The notes: generated by a model not told the origin, from the sequence alone. 43,286 bases of DNA from a virus (IMGVR_UViG_3300017963_000120:1-43286), one strand, 5' to 3'; positions 1-9,428 are shown, numbered from the stretch's first letter. A program made the numbers and translations.

Positions 1-123
1 ATCTGCCATTCATCGGCAACACCGGCTCTGTCATTTTCCTGAATATCAGTAAGCAGTCTCATAACTCCCTGTGATCCGTAAGGTCTGACACGTGCCCTCG
101 TAGGATCAATGATAAGCCCGGCA
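1..123. repeat. Terminal direct repeat, copy 1 (circular-assembly overlap)
   Basis: nt 1-123 are identical to nt 43164-43286; the repeat lies inside the capsid ORF. Confidence 0.97.
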
Positions 124-1142
124 TTTTCCCAATCATTTACCATCAAGTGATGATCCATGAAGTGTAGTTTTAAACCGTTCGGACCCTTATAAGTCTCAAA
201 CGCCATACCAAGAATAGTAGTACCACCGTCAACAAGACGCTGTTTCGCTTTTCCGATTTTGGTCAGTTCAAGACATATATTTGATGCAAAAAATCCAAAA
301 CGTACCTGTGATCCAATACCCTGTTTCATCGGACCTTTGAGCAGGAATGAATCAAAGTCAGCTTCCGTAAAACCAGAGGACCAATCGAAAACATTATCAC
401 CACCGCCTTGCTGAATAAAACGGCGAAATCCACGTGCGAAAAATTGTCTACCGTCTGAACCATCCCGGTAATATCTTTCACCATGAATCATGTTTTCCTC
501 AACCTGAATACGTATATCCTTATAAGTCTCAAGTCTACGTGCAGGTCTTTCTGGTCCGGTATACTGTTTCACATCCATTTCGATATTACCAACAACGTAG
601 GGTGCCCGGACAAAGTGAACGTGATTCCATTCCTGTTCAACCTTGAGCACTTTCATTGCCGGTTTCTGTGAGTATTCCTCAGATGAATCTGTAAGGATGT
701 GCAGGTTCATTCCAATTGTGACAGTTGGAAACGTGGCAGCAGTAGCAGCCAGATTTGATTGCCATCCAACAGCAGTAAGCGTAATGGTGGTTGATTTTGC
801 AGTAACAACACCAATATCGGTTTCAGTGGCAGCAGGTGACAATTGTGGTATCTGCACCAGATCACCAACTTTAAAATAGGACACATTTGCAGGTGTCACT
901 ACAACCGTTGCACCGGATGGAGTAGTTACACCAGAAATGGTATCCCAACGTGGCAAGTGATCCTGTCTGGACCACTCTACTTTAGGGTTGTAGGCAGTTC
1001 TGCCTTTCGGCATTTTCATCAACAGCGCAGTAATTGGATTCAAGGTCTGGTATTTATAATACAATCCCTTTGAAACATCCCGGACTTGTTTATTTGCAAG
1101 AACGTCACCAACACCCAATGTTCCAGTTAATACAGTAGGCAT
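1..1142 (-). CDS. Major capsid protein (DUF5309/SU10-like), 5' part; continues across the junction into 43163-43103 (400 aa total)
   Basis: Missing from the ORF track; translated by hand: MPTVLTGTLGVGDVLANKQVRDVS...NPKVEW...IQENDRAGVADEWQI. AGGGAG RBS upstream, directly follows the scaffold gene, frame stays open across the junction. Confidence 0.88.
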   Translation of the reverse strand, partial: MPTVLTGTLGVGDVLANKQVRDVSKGLYYKYQTLNPITALLMKMPKGRTAYNPKVEWSRQDHLPRWDTISGVTTPSGATVVVTPANVSYFKVGDLVQIPQLSPAATETDIGVVTAKSTTITLTAVGWQSNLAATAATFPTVTIGMNLHILTDSSEEYSQKPAMKVLKVEQEWNHVHFVRAPYVVGNIEMDVKQYTGPERPARRLETYKDIRIQVEENMIHGERYYRDGSDGRQFFARGFRRFIQQGGGDNVFDWSSGFTEADFDSFLLKGPMKQGIGSQVRFGFFASNICLELTKIGKAKQRLVDGGTTILGMAFETYKGPNGLKLHFMDHHLMVNDWENAGLIIDPTRARVRPYGSQGVMRLLTDIQENDRAGVADEWQ

Positions 1143-1160
1143 GATTTAATCTCCCTATAA

Positions 1161-2309
1161 TTACAGTGCCCCTATCTCTTTTAGTATATCCTCGGTAGGA
1201 TCATTAAGAGTATCAAGGAGCTCGTCAATATCGTCTTTTTTAACTTCCTTACTGCCCGGTGATTCTGGAACAACGCCATTTTGTTTTTGAATAATTTTGT
1301 TCTCTGTTTGGTCCTTTGTATCTATTTCTTGCTGCAACTTATTTTCATTCTTGACAAAATCACCATACAAAAAATTATATGCATCATCAAAACTGTTAAG
1401 TTTTTCTTCCTGCATGGTCCTGATCAATACTTTAAATTTCGATAATTTTGAATGATCTGGATGTATGTTTCCTGTCTTTTCAATTTCCCCAATATACTGC
1501 CTTAAATTTTGGCCTTGAGGAACATTGATAACATAGTCAGGATGTGTTGTCATAAATGAAGTCATACTTTGTGCAGCCACTTCGTCACGACTACTTTGAA
1601 CAATTTCATTGGCTTTTTCCAGTACCGGAGAGTAATGTTTTAATGCTGCTTTTACGGCATCATTAACTAATGGTGCCAGTACCTTGCCAGACACCTTTTG
1701 ATCATAACCATCATCATCTTTAAAGGTGTATTGTTTTTCTGGATCAAATACTTCACCTGAAATTTCGGCAGCAACATCATCGGTAGGATCAGGAATTTCT
1801 TTTTCCTTATTAAGATAGGGAATAAGCTTTTCAACTTCGTCTGTACCTAATTGATCTAAGGCCACGCTTTTAAGCCTTAACGCCTTTTCCCATTCCTGCT
1901 TATTACCATATTCTGTAATAGCAGTTAAAAGAAATTCTGGATCATACTCATTTTCACCAATTGTGATTTTACCGTTAGAGGATGCTTCCGGTTTTTCATC
2001 ACCGGCCTGTTCCGGTTTTTCATCACCGGGTTTTTCATCCTTCACTTCCGCATCTTTATCTGTTTTCTGCTCTTTAGCCGGTACTTCTTCTTTTTTATCT
2101 TTCGATTCTTCCGCTTCCGGTTTAGGTTTCTCGGCCTCAGCTTTCTTTTTTTCTTCTTTTATATCAATCTCAGATGCATCCTGTGCAACAACAGGTGCAT
2201 CCGCAATAATATCATCAATAGATTCTTCCTCAAACATATCATTAACAACCGAATCATCGGTTGTTGGCTCACGCAATTCTTTTGATTCTTCTTTTTTTTC
2301 TACAGGCAT
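1161..2309 (-). CDS. Capsid scaffolding protein
   Basis: Very acidic, low-complexity N-terminus; immediately upstream of the capsid gene. Start moved to ATG 2309 (MPVEKK) after a GGGGAG RBS. Confidence 0.75.
   Translation of the reverse strand: MPVEKKEESKELREPTTDDSVVNDMFEEESIDDIIADAPVVAQDASEIDIKEEKKKAEAEKPKPEAEESKDKKEEVPAKEQKTDKDAEVKDEKPGDEKPEQAGDEKPEASSNGKITIGENEYDPEFLLTAITEYGNKQEWEKALRLKSVALDQLGTDEVEKLIPYLNKEKEIPDPTDDVAAEISGEVFDPEKQYTFKDDDGYDQKVSGKVLAPLVNDAVKAALKHYSPVLEKANEIVQSSRDEVAAQSMTSFMTTHPDYVINVPQGQNLRQYIGEIEKTGNIHPDHSKLSKFKVLIRTMQEEKLNSFDDAYNFLYGDFVKNENKLQQEIDTKDQTENKIIQKQNGVVPESPGSKEVKKDDIDELLDTLNDPTEDILKEIGAL
1986..2039. repeat. Intragenic tandem repeat encoding (G)DEKP x3
   Basis: ttccggtttttcatcaccgg at 1986-2005 and 2010-2029, plus a partial copy to 2039. 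Confidence 0.8.
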
Positions 2310-2329
2310 TTTTACATTTCTCCCCAAAT

Positions 2330-2379
2330 AAAAAAAGCAGTCAGTTCCCCCACATCAACAATGAGGGCACTGACTGCTT
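2330..2379 (-). terminator. Intrinsic terminator-like hairpin in the leader of the scaffold/capsid operon
   Basis: Minus strand AAGCAGTCAGTGCCCTCA-9 nt loop-TGGGGGAACTGACTGCTT running into a T-tract. Confidence 0.75.
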
Positions 2380-2390
2380 AATTTTAAGAC

Positions 2391-2409
2391 TTAAATCAGT
2401 ATGATTTAA
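2391..2409. promoter_or_regulatory. Operator-like inverted repeat downstream of the promoter
   Basis: TTAAATCA-gta-TGATTTAA. Confidence 0.35.
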
Positions 2410-2423
2410 ATATGTGACACTAT

Positions 2424-2452
2424 ATTATAAAAAATGATTTTTCCATATGCAA
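2424..2452 (-). promoter_or_regulatory. Sigma70-type promoter
   Basis: Minus strand TTGCAT (2452-2447), 17 bp spacer, TATAAT (2429-2424), in an intergenic region. Confidence 0.75.
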
Positions 2453-2458
2453 GAAATA

Positions 2459-2851
2459 TTATTGAATTATTCTTTTATTACCTTCAACACCGGTTCCCGG
2501 CAAAACTATATCCACACCTTCAGTAACAGATGTTTTGTCCACTGTCACAGAAAATATTCTTTCACAAGACTTATACATTAATATTTCAGGTTCCCCGGAT
2601 TCAATTGAATGATATCTTATATATTCCGGTATAGGATCATTATTTAATTGTTTTCTAATCCTGTGATAATCATCCCTTTGAATTTCAAATGATACAGGCA
2701 ATATTCTCGGTGTACCATCACCGGGCAGGATAAATACAGTCAAAAGGTATTTATCTTTTTTCTCCGGTTTAAGAAGTTCAGAGGTTTCTTTCTTTGTCTC
2801 AACCCCCTGTTCTTCCAACAGTTCATTTACATCTAATTCTTTGTCACTCAT
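2459..2851 (-). CDS. Hypothetical protein
   Basis: 130-aa ORF with GGAGG RBS, coupled to the upstream gene. Confidence 0.7.
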   Translation of the reverse strand: MSDKELDVNELLEEQGVETKKETSELLKPEKKDKYLLTVFILPGDGTPRILPVSFEIQRDDYHRIRKQLNNDPIPEYIRYHSIESGEPEILMYKSCERIFSVTVDKTSVTEGVDIVLPGTGVEGNKRIIQ

Positions 2852-3029
2852 TTGTTATTTCCTCCCCAATTAGTTTACCATTTTTATACTTTTCAAATTT
2901 AACACTATCTATTTTTGAATGATTGCCGTATATCACAATTTTAAAACGTAATCCCGATAACAATCCACGTGTTTGAAATCTGTCAAGAACAGGTGCCCAC
3001 TTGCGCCTTATTGATAATATTTTTCTCAT
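2844..3029 (-). CDS. Hypothetical protein
   Basis: 61-aa ORF; ATGA overlap with the portal stop codon. Confidence 0.65.
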   Translation of the reverse strand: MRKILSIRRKWAPVLDRFQTRGLLSGLRFKIVIYGNHSKIDSVKFEKYKNGKLIGEEITNE

Positions 3030-4876
3030 GCCGGTATATCTAATCCCTGTAAGTTTGGTGGCATCTTACCTGTTTTTCTTGCTTCTTCAAGTTCCTGTAT
3101 TTTTGGCTTTATCTGACCTACAACATTTTGTACATATTGTATTGCTTCCGGTCCTAACTCGGCAATCTCTTTTACCAGTGTCATTGCCTGATTCTGTTCC
3201 TGAAGATTCTTTAATTTTTGCTGCCAAGTTTTTGGAAACAGTGCTTTAAGAAAATCCTCGTCAGATAACTTGCCCCGGTCATGTGCCATGATTGCCAGTT
3301 GAATATCTGCCTGTCTTTTCATTTCATGGTTCATTTCAATTTCAATAGACACATCCATATTAATCTGTGACAGGTCATTTATCTTACCGAATTTGCTGTC
3401 CACTACATGATAATTATCACCCTGAAAGTTATCGGTCATTTGATAATCAACATTATATCCGATCTTTTTATCTTCACCATCTATCTTCCGGGTAATCATA
3501 AAAGGTGTGTTCATTTCATTTTTCATACAATGCAGGATACATCTTGCCAGATCAGTAAGCGCAGTTTCAATATTGGCCTGTGCCACATACTCAGATAAGA
3601 TGCCTTGAGAAACTAATTGGTGGACCGTCACCCCGGCAAGATTACCTTTTAGTTCCCCACGTGAAGGACCAAAATCACCCTGCATTCTGTCAAACCGGTG
3701 ATTGATCATTTCATATAACTGGACATAGGCTATTGAAAGATCAGACTTTGCCATTTGCTGCACTTTCGTGCCAATACGTATAGGAATAAAAGCCATTGGC
3801 TGTGTAGACTTTTGTTCCATATCTGTAATTTCTTCGTCTTTAGCACCGGGCACAAAAAATAAATTTTTTACAGACTGCTTTGCAGTTTCAGTTAAGATGG
3901 ATGCAGTAATATTTAACTGGTCCTGTGTCTGTCCTAATAGCCTGTTTGGTCCGAATGGCATCTTGCCAAACGTAGCAGATTTACGTGGAGTATGCATCAT
4001 AGGTATAAGCCTGAATAACGGGTATCCTGTTTCTTCCGGTCCTTCCACAATAACAGTACGGTTTATGACCTTAACAATATAATATTTATCACGCTCTAAT
4101 TTTATGCTGCCCTTTTCATTTTGCTTTTCATAAAAATGTGTTTCACGAAATTCAATTTCATAAAGGTCTGCATACCGGTTTGCTTGCTGATCATTTTCCT
4201 GCCTGTAATCCTCATTTGAATCATGTATCTGATCCGCAAATTCAGGCCAACGTTTTTTGGCTTCTGATAACAATATCCTTGAAGGTGCAATACGGAACAC
4301 ATCATCCACGTGCATTAAATCTTTTGCATCTGGATCAAGCCATAAATATTCAGGTGAGGTTGAAAATATTTCTGGTTTTCCTATGCCGTAATCACATTCC
4401 TTGTAAGGATTATACCGAAATTTTAATCCGCAATAACCTTCACAATAAATATGATTTGTAAAGTTTGGAACATGCTGCTCTTTAAATTTATTCTTTTCAA
4501 GTATATCCTCAAACAGCTCATATGCCGGTACCATCATTTCACCGCCACCCTTTAAGGTGGGATTAATCCTGCCAGATATAATCTGCCCACACAAACGCCG
4601 GTTTAAATCAAGTAACCTGTTTTCTACAATATAATCTTTATCTTCCGGGATGTTTTCAGGTGCCTGTGCATTTTCAAGATAATCACGATCTTCTTCATAC
4701 CATTTTCTAACTTTATCAAACCCTGCTTCTGCCTTATCAATCCATTCCTTAAAATCATCCTTTGTATAGACACCGGAATATTTGCCCTGTTTCGGCTGTG
4801 GCATTCGTGGCTGTTCAGGTGAACGCCTGACTTTCCCCTTTAACTTTTTTGAGGAATCATCTTTTTCTTTAGCCAT
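3026..4876 (-). CDS. Portal protein (P22-like)
   Basis: ~616 aa between terminase and scaffold; P22-portal-like segments (IVENRL, LWLDPDA, Q-D-LN, C-terminal helical region). Start moved to ATG 4876 after AGGGGG. Confidence 0.8.
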   Translation of the reverse strand: MAKEKDDSSKKLKGKVRRSPEQPRMPQPKQGKYSGVYTKDDFKEWIDKAEAGFDKVRKWYEEDRDYLENAQAPENIPEDKDYIVENRLLDLNRRLCGQIISGRINPTLKGGGEMMVPAYELFEDILEKNKFKEQHVPNFTNHIYCEGYCGLKFRYNPYKECDYGIGKPEIFSTSPEYLWLDPDAKDLMHVDDVFRIAPSRILLSEAKKRWPEFADQIHDSNEDYRQENDQQANRYADLYEIEFRETHFYEKQNEKGSIKLERDKYYIVKVINRTVIVEGPEETGYPLFRLIPMMHTPRKSATFGKMPFGPNRLLGQTQDQLNITASILTETAKQSVKNLFFVPGAKDEEITDMEQKSTQPMAFIPIRIGTKVQQMAKSDLSIAYVQLYEMINHRFDRMQGDFGPSRGELKGNLAGVTVHQLVSQGILSEYVAQANIETALTDLARCILHCMKNEMNTPFMITRKIDGEDKKIGYNVDYQMTDNFQGDNYHVVDSKFGKINDLSQINMDVSIEIEMNHEMKRQADIQLAIMAHDRGKLSDEDFLKALFPKTWQQKLKNLQEQNQAMTLVKEIAELGPEAIQYVQNVVGQIKPKIQELEEARKTGKMPPNLQGLDIPA

Positions 4877-5148
4877 TTTAACCCCCTTGTAGTATAGACT
4901 CCCCAAGTCTTAATGAAGAAAGTTATATGTATTTTTAATTGCTGTGGTTTAGCCATATGTTTTTTTAGAAAATTCTCAAGCATTTTACGGTTTAAGGCAA
5001 TGGATAGTGGATCATCTATCATATACATGTGGTCTGTATTTTTCTTGCAGCGATTGCAGATCAGCAGGTAATATGATCCATCGGTATGCTCAGCAGGTTT
5101 AACGTGAATATTGTAATTGTGCCAGAATATTTTGCAAATCAGACTCAT
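4840..5148 (-). CDS. Small Cys/His protein (DUF1660-like)
   Basis: LICKIFWH...CNRC pattern. Confidence 0.5.
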   Translation of the reverse strand: MSLICKIFWHNYNIHVKPAEHTDGSYYLLICNRCKKNTDHMYMIDDPLSIALNRKMLENFLKKHMAKPQQLKIHITFFIKTWGVYTTRGLKWLKKKMIPQKS

Positions 5149-5279
5149 TTAGATTTTTTCTTTTTTTCTTCAGTCTTTTTCGCATTGTACGCCCTAATTT
5201 GCTCTTTAGTCATTACCCTGCCAGAAGGTGAACGGTACTTGCCCTTTTGTGGACCACGTTTAATATATACGAATGGCAT
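5145..5279 (-). CDS. Small basic protein (44 aa, not in ORF track)
   Basis: MPFVYIKRGPQKGKYRSPSGRVMTKEQIRAYNAKKTEEKKKKSK; GGGGG RBS; ATGA overlap with the next gene. Confidence 0.7.
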   Translation of the reverse strand: MPFVYIKRGPQKGKYRSPSGRVMTKEQIRAYNAKKTEEKKKKSK

Positions 5280-5280
5280 T

Positions 5281-5499
5281 TTATCCCCCGTAATATTTTA
5301 TTGCATAATGATATGTTTTATTAATTTTATCCTGATACTTTTTTGCTGCCTGCATATGAACATTTGACCAGTATGCATTTATAAATCCTTCAGGCTTTAA
5401 TGGTCCTGATTTTTCATTATCATGTTTTATAATTTTACCTATACTGGTTACGGCAGCAACAGACACCAATAAACCTTTAAAAAATTCACGCCTTATCAT
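5281..5499 (-). CDS. Small protein with twin-arginine-like N-terminus
   Basis: MIRREFFKGLLVSVAAV resembles the Tat consensus RRxFLK followed by a hydrophobic stretch. Confidence 0.6.
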   Translation of the reverse strand: MIRREFFKGLLVSVAAVTSIGKIIKHDNEKSGPLKPEGFINAYWSNVHMQAAKKYQDKINKTYHYAIKYYGG

Positions 5500-5701
5500 T
5501 ATCCAGCCTTTCTAATTCACTTGTGTATCCATATTCCAGATATTGCTGCTTGCCACCATAACCATCATTATGAAATTCAACAGTTTCCAAAATGCACATA
5601 CCATCGGAACATACATCACATACACGATAAATGATTTTTTTATTTTTTTTAAATCTTACCCGGTCCTCTTTTTGAATACGATCACCAAAACTTTCTGCCA
5701 T
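5486..5701 (-). CDS. Hypothetical protein
   Basis: 71-aa ORF overlapping both neighbours. Confidence 0.6.
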   Translation of the reverse strand: MAESFGDRIQKEDRVRFKKNKKIIYRVCDVCSDGMCILETVEFHNDGYGGKQQYLEYGYTSELERLDNDKA

Positions 5702-7439
5702 CTTTTTTTTCTCTTATATCCATACCAAATGATTTTTTACCTGCATGTCTGTCCGGTTGTTCTTCTTTTTTTGTGGCAGGCATCCAATTATGAACCATAA
5801 ATTTTATTCCCTGTGCCAGTACCCGATCATCCAAACAACCCTGATCTGCCTCTGGTTTTCCATTTTTATTATAAATGAATGTCAGTGCTTCATTGAAAAA
5901 TTCCAAATCCTTTATACCATCCGCACCTTCGTGGACAGCATCACGCAAGGTTGAACATAGTATTGATCTGGTTGACATATTAGTTTCCCATCCCGGCCTG
6001 AATGTTTCATAATCAACTTCCTGCTCAAATCTTTCCATATGGTACAGATTTGGATATTCCAATCTCTTTAAATCCTGATTAACAGCATGACCATGATTGT
6101 TCCTTTCCACACCAATATATGCCGTATCATACCAGTATCCAAAATATGCAAGCAGCAATGCCAGAACGGTTGTATCAATCTTGCCTGCATACCATGCAAC
6201 ATCCATATATTTTACCCGGTCAAATACATAAAAAGATGAATTATCACCTTTCTCTAATCCTTCTGCCACATCACACGAAATAATGTATCTGTTATAAAAT
6301 CCTATTTCCGGTTCATTAAATATTTTTATTTGACCATTTGCATGTTCACTTACCGTAATATCATCTTTACCGGTCCGTTCATAATTATATCTTTTTACAT
6401 TTGGTGGATTCTGTGCTAATCCTATATATCTTTTTTGGATGATCATATTATTAAAATAAGGTGTGCCACTGGAAAGGTAATCGATGTCAAGTTCCTGCCC
6501 AATATTTACATCAGGATCATCTTTACGTCTTTCGCATTCTGCTAAGTACCAAGGACTAAGCCACACATCGGTTTTTTCTGGATCAAAAGGATGCTGCCCC
6601 TTATACTTCCCGGCACCCTTTATTGGATGATCTGACCAGTGCAAAGTTAATACCTTGACTGCACCGGACAATCTTAACTGTGCAAACTTCCTACCTATTC
6701 CCCAAGGTGTGCTGACCGGTATCCTGCAAGGTGTGCTGTCACCCATACTGGTCCATGCATCGGCATCAGTTTCAAGCCATTTTGAAAACTCATCCATCAG
6801 ACTTGCTTTATATCGCCCGGATGTACCGAAGTTTGCATTATTGGATTCACCACGAATAAATGATCCGGTAGCAGGATTAGTAATAAGATTAACATTGTCA
6901 TTAAAATTTGGATTATAGCCATCAGGTTTAAAATAGCATTCATTAAGATTATAGCGGAATTTTTCAAATAAGGTGTCCTGTGATCCTCTTTTATCCACAA
7001 ACTCTAATTTTCTGGAACCTAACAGAAAATCATTCCCGGCAGTATCCTGCAAGAAAAACCAGAGCAGTACAGTAACAACCAACCATGTCACGCCCATATC
7101 TCTTGACTTTTCTACAAGCACATCTTCCCCTTTATTAATAGACTCAACAAGATCAAGTACAAATTCTTCCTGATAAGGATATAACATAAATGGCAATCTC
7201 GGATGTTTAAATCCATAAGCCTCAAGCATTTTTGGTCGTGGTTCATGTGTCCAACAATAATATTTTATAAAATGCAATATGTGACGTAATGCATTTTCTC
7301 TCTCATTCAACCATAAATTTTTATCATGTTCAATCGCATCGTAAAGTTCTTCCCTATCCTTTAAGTTTTTCGAGATTTTCGATCCTTCTTCTCCGTATGC
7401 GATCAATAGATCGTTGTTGAATTGTTTCATTGTCGTCAT
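5682..7439 (-). CDS. terL: Terminase large subunit
   Basis: LYPYQ Q-motif, KSRDMGVT Walker A, LMDE Walker B, STP motif III; RNase H-like nuclease CDVAEG...D, VERNNHG, DDRVLA. Confidence 0.95.
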   Translation of the reverse strand: MTTMKQFNNDLLIAYGEEGSKISKNLKDREELYDAIEHDKNLWLNERENALRHILHFIKYYCWTHEPRPKMLEAYGFKHPRLPFMLYPYQEEFVLDLVESINKGEDVLVEKSRDMGVTWLVVTVLLWFFLQDTAGNDFLLGSRKLEFVDKRGSQDTLFEKFRYNLNECYFKPDGYNPNFNDNVNLITNPATGSFIRGESNNANFGTSGRYKASLMDEFSKWLETDADAWTSMGDSTPCRIPVSTPWGIGRKFAQLRLSGAVKVLTLHWSDHPIKGAGKYKGQHPFDPEKTDVWLSPWYLAECERRKDDPDVNIGQELDIDYLSSGTPYFNNMIIQKRYIGLAQNPPNVKRYNYERTGKDDITVSEHANGQIKIFNEPEIGFYNRYIISCDVAEGLEKGDNSSFYVFDRVKYMDVAWYAGKIDTTVLALLLAYFGYWYDTAYIGVERNNHGHAVNQDLKRLEYPNLYHMERFEQEVDYETFRPGWETNMSTRSILCSTLRDAVHEGADGIKDLEFFNEALTFIYNKNGKPEADQGCLDDRVLAQGIKFMVHNWMPATKKEEQPDRHAGKKSFGMDIREKKDGRKFW

Positions 7440-7887
7440 TTGCTACGTTAATGATAACAGTGTCGGCTTTGACACCGGAAACCCCCTCGTAACCAGAGCC
7501 ATCACCGACACCATTCCCCCTATTCCCATAAGGCAAATCACCGGCAAGCTGAAAAGTAAATTCAATAAGTGTGTCGGACACACCATCATCTTTTAACTTT
7601 TTTACCAGTGCATCAAAAGCATACTGCCTTAAATAATTCCGGTAATCATTATTCCATATTTTATTTATTTCTTCCCTGTATTCTTTCAGCAGTTTATAAA
7701 AATACTGCTCAGATATTTCTAATTTAGTGGCAAGCTCTTTATTTGATACTTTTTCCTGACTTAACTGGTTTATAATATACAGACTTATAAACTTTTCCTT
7801 GCGCAACTCAGGATTCATTTTACTCAACGATACTCTACTACTTTTTCGCTTAGTTTTTGCTGATGTTTTTTGTTTTTGATCCGTCAT
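7354..7887 (-). CDS. Putative terminase small subunit (HTH)
   Basis: HTH-like SNKELATKLEISEQYFYKLL; immediately upstream of and overlapping terL. Confidence 0.65.
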   Translation of the reverse strand: MTDQKQKTSAKTKRKSSRVSLSKMNPELRKEKFISLYIINQLSQEKVSNKELATKLEISEQYFYKLLKEYREEINKIWNNDYRNYLRQYAFDALVKKLKDDGVSDTLIEFTFQLAGDLPYGNRGNGVGDGSGYEGVSGVKADTVIINVANDDNETIQQRSIDRIRRRRIENLEKLKG

Positions 7888-8341
7888 TTTTCATCGGTAT
7901 TTTTATTATTTCTGCCCACTCTACACCGTAATTATTATCATCCACTTTTTCAATCTTTGTGATCATCACTTGAAGATTGTCACCATTTGATATAGCAATC
8001 TTTTCAAATATGTGATTGCATATCCGCATCACTTCCAGTGCTTTCTCCCGATCATTTTTATGTGATTGCAACATTGCCAGTGCATTATTTTTTTCTGCCT
8101 CAAGTTTTCTGCCATGATTATAACCGTTAATATAAAACTGCCTCAACCTTCTGAATAATTTATCTTTGTGCATTAAGCGAATATACCAGTACCATGCATG
8201 TGTAAAATACTTAACAATATAGTTTATAGGTATGATGTAATATTCAGATGTTAAGCAATCATATCTAACATTTGCCAAACCATAACCAAATGGTATTTTA
8301 TCATATTCACCCAACTCAATCTTTAATTTTGTTATTTTCAT
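7850..8341 (-). CDS. Hypothetical protein
   Basis: 163-aa ORF coupled to its neighbours. Confidence 0.65.
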   Translation of the reverse strand: MKITKLKIELGEYDKIPFGYGLANVRYDCLTSEYYIIPINYIVKYFTHAWYWYIRLMHKDKLFRRLRQFYINGYNHGRKLEAEKNNALAMLQSHKNDREKALEVMRICNHIFEKIAISNGDNLQVMITKIEKVDDNNYGVEWAEIIKIPMKNDGSKTKNISKN

Positions 8342-8718
8342 AATTCTATCTCACGCCATTTTGTTTTATAAATGACAAGTTCACTGGTCCAGTGGATGAT
8401 AAAACAAAATACTCCCACCAATATATATAAATATGCATTTAAATGAAATAAAAAATAGATATGGACAAAAGCAGTATATGCTGTCATAGTTTGTAACCAG
8501 ACAAATAAATGCCAACCGTCAAAAAATAATGCAGGTATGACGAATATCCAAATTTTTTTTCTGCCCTTAGACGGATCACGATCTTTGTACTTTCTTTTCC
8601 AATCCGGGTAAAAATATTTCCACCGCCAGTAAAGTGATGTTTTAAAATGATGTGCAACACTATCGGCTGACCATTTGAAAAATGAATATAGCAGCCAGTA
8701 AAATAAAATGTATTCCAT
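8338..8718 (-). CDS. Membrane protein
   Basis: Several hydrophobic segments; WKRKY and FFDGWHLF motifs. Confidence 0.7.
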   Translation of the reverse strand: MEYILFYWLLYSFFKWSADSVAHHFKTSLYWRWKYFYPDWKRKYKDRDPSKGRKKIWIFVIPALFFDGWHLFVWLQTMTAYTAFVHIYFLFHLNAYLYILVGVFCFIIHWTSELVIYKTKWREIEL

Positions 8719-8966
8719 TATTTACCTATATTCTTATATATATATTTTAAAAATGCTGCAATAAAAACCCATAAAATTGTCAATGGCAACGCCATTGACC
8801 AATATCTTATGGATTGTTTAACAAATGCAATTTCACCATCAAACACAATCATCGTATCAGGCCAGTAGTATTTTATAAAATACAATGTTAAAGTCCAAAT
8901 CCACAACAATGAATTAATAACCTGCAATCCAATATATTGCCGCTTTTTCATAACTCTCTCACGCAA
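8718..8966 (-). CDS. Two-TM membrane protein
   Basis: Two hydrophobic helices with a DTM sequon in the connecting loop; real start may be ATG ~8951. Confidence 0.6.
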   Translation of the reverse strand: MRERVMKKRQYIGLQVINSLLWIWTLTLYFIKYYWPDTMIVFDGEIAFVKQSIRYWSMALPLTILWVFIAAFLKYIYKNIGK

Positions 8967-9078
8967 TTAAAATTGATGTATATAGTGTGTGTAATGAAAA
9001 TATGCAAATATCCATACCTGCAACATTCATCATTGAAATATCTACCCCTGCAAATGCCCAACAAATTATTTCTAACAT
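8959..9078 (-). CDS. Small hydrophobic peptide (39 aa, not in ORF track)
   Basis: MLEIICWAFAGVDISMMNVAGMDICIFSLHTLYTSILIA with an AAAGGTG RBS. Confidence 0.4.
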   Translation of the reverse strand: MLEIICWAFAGVDISMMNVAGMDICIFSLHTLYTSILIA

Positions 9079-9098
9079 ATTTGTCACCTTTCTTTTAA

Positions 9099-9189
9099 AT
9101 AGTGCCCGGCAATTCTATCGTTAAACCCTTTTAGTTAATTAAGGTTGAAAACGGGCAGGTAATGGGAGGCACCTGCAACCGGGCACTAT
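9099..9189 (-). ncRNA. Structured intergenic element (multi-branch RNA candidate)
   Basis: 11-bp closing stem ATAGTGCCCGG/CCGGGCACTAT enclosing a GCAGGT/ACCTGC hairpin and an AACCTT/AAGGGTT hairpin. Confidence 0.45.
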
Positions 9190-9191
9190 AT

Positions 9192-9428
9192 TTACGCCCT
9201 GACCAACGCAAAGACTACAAGCAGGATCACGCTTGCAAATGGAAACACAAACCACGCTTCATATTCCCGGTAAATCAACAGAATAGTTCCAATGACCAGT
9301 GTTGACCAGTACATGAATGCAACAATTTTATGATATTTGTCTGCAAAAGATGTGTCAATCATCACAAATACTACTATAAGGATAATGACATTCATCACTA
9401 TAAATGCATTTGAAATATGCTGTACCAT
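9192..9428 (-). CDS. Three-TM membrane protein
   Basis: Three hydrophobic segments; GGGAG RBS. Confidence 0.65.
   Translation of the reverse strand: MVQHISNAFIVMNVIILIVVFVMIDTSFADKYHKIVAFMYWSTLVIGTILLIYREYEAWFVFPFASVILLVVFALVRA

Noticed and set aside
1-123. 123-bp terminal repeat as a biological DTR
   Set aside because: It falls mid-capsid-gene, so it is best explained as assembler overlap on a circular or permuted genome.
434-1073. Plus-strand ORFs of 62-78 aa (and similar plus-strand ORFs throughout)
   Set aside because: They are antisense shadows of minus-strand genes; here the real gene is the capsid ORF that the track missed.
1986-2039. Scaffold repeats as regulatory DNA repeats
   Set aside because: Periods are multiples of 3 and encode DEKP in a disordered region.
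5682-7439. Five D-(S/T)-hydrophobic sequons in TerL as glycosylation sites
   Set aside because: TerL is a cytoplasmic enzyme with no signal peptide; treated as background and noted as a caveat to the sequon finding.
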